A stretch of 64,000 nt of DNA, from assembly GCF_964355755.1 (NCBI RefSeq), contig NC_092675.1, forward strand, positions 23,036,912 through 23,100,911, written 5' to 3'. Positions 63,523-64,000 of this stretch are shown one piece after another (the stretch's first letter is position 1; every line of letters starts with the position of its first letter). The position numbers and the translations under genes were made by a program. A model generated the notes under the pieces. It was not told where the DNA came from, did no database searches, and worked only from the letters and a program-made list of their open reading frames with translations. Source of the DNA: Antedon mediterranea. Lineage: Eukaryota > Animalia > Echinodermata.

Positions 63523-64000
63523 CTTCATTCTGTCCAGAGGCGTGGTAATCAATGGTACAATTTATAATAATAGCATATGGCAGCCATATTTTGATGATTA
63601 AATACATAAATGCATACATTATATACGTTTTTATTGGCGGCCATCTTGGAATTTAATGTGGTTGCCATATGCTATTTTTATAAATTGTAGCGTTGGACTA
63701 ATTTATCATAATATAGTAAGATTTGTCACACACATTACGTTCGTACGTGGTTTAAAATAGGAGCTATACTATCAGTTTTGAGTAAAAAATAGGGGCCATT
63801 TTGAAATCCAAGATGGCGGCCAAAGTAGGGATGGGAAAAATAGTCCCCAGTTGCAATGAATTATACTAGTCCTAAGGATTCCAAAACTGCCAAGAACTCA
63901 ACTTGAGCATTAAAATGTCATGGAATTACATTAGGTTCCCCACTATTAGGAAAAATCTGCATATCAAGCAAACTGTTCCGGTTTCGAATTTCGATTTTGG

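Larger units (their letters stand above)
62573..63945. mobile_element. Long-TIR DNA transposon (TAG...CTA termini, Academ-like, tentative) carrying a captured gene fragment (Pack-TIR)
   Basis: The ~260-bp arm 62573-62833 is the reverse complement of ~63680-63945 (tagtggggaacctaatg...ggccgccatcttggatttcaaaatggc...). The insert 62834-63549 is flanked by a 17-bp direct repeat CAATGGTACAATTTATA (62817-62833, 63550-63566). Confidence 0.8.

Overview
This is AT-rich, intron-containing animal genomic DNA, most like a marine invertebrate deuterostome such as an echinoderm (inferred from the gene and repeat content, not proven). Gene models were spliced by hand using GT-AG sites and reading-frame phase. 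(1) The 3' end of a GON4L-like gene with a C-terminal Myb/SANT-like domain (+, 3-3235). (2) A two-exon type II membrane Thr/Ser-rich mucin-like gene (+, 11824-17224). (3) A complete CABLES gene (+, 22315-28180). (4) A giant secreted gene of about 4,480 aa: signal peptide, CTL, ~2,840-aa acidic E/T/D repeat, CTL, ~1,080-aa acidic repeat, CTL, C-terminal cystine knot (-, 51321-30176). (5) A truncated but open-frame tandem paralog of that gene (-, 62322-58745). The paralog's native first exon is absent from the window. Directly upstream lies a long-TIR DNA transposon carrying the TATA promoter, 5'UTR exon and signal-peptide exon of a proteinase K-like S8 protease, in the same orientation and splice phase, which makes it a candidate Pack-TIR-derived chimeric gene. 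Repeats include a 5'-truncated LINE, HINE/DINE-1-like elements, several MITEs and tRNA-derived elements. A (TA)n-tailed family carries a minimal hammerhead ribozyme of the Penelope-like element type and nests and recombines with (TA)n-tailed tRNA-containing elements.
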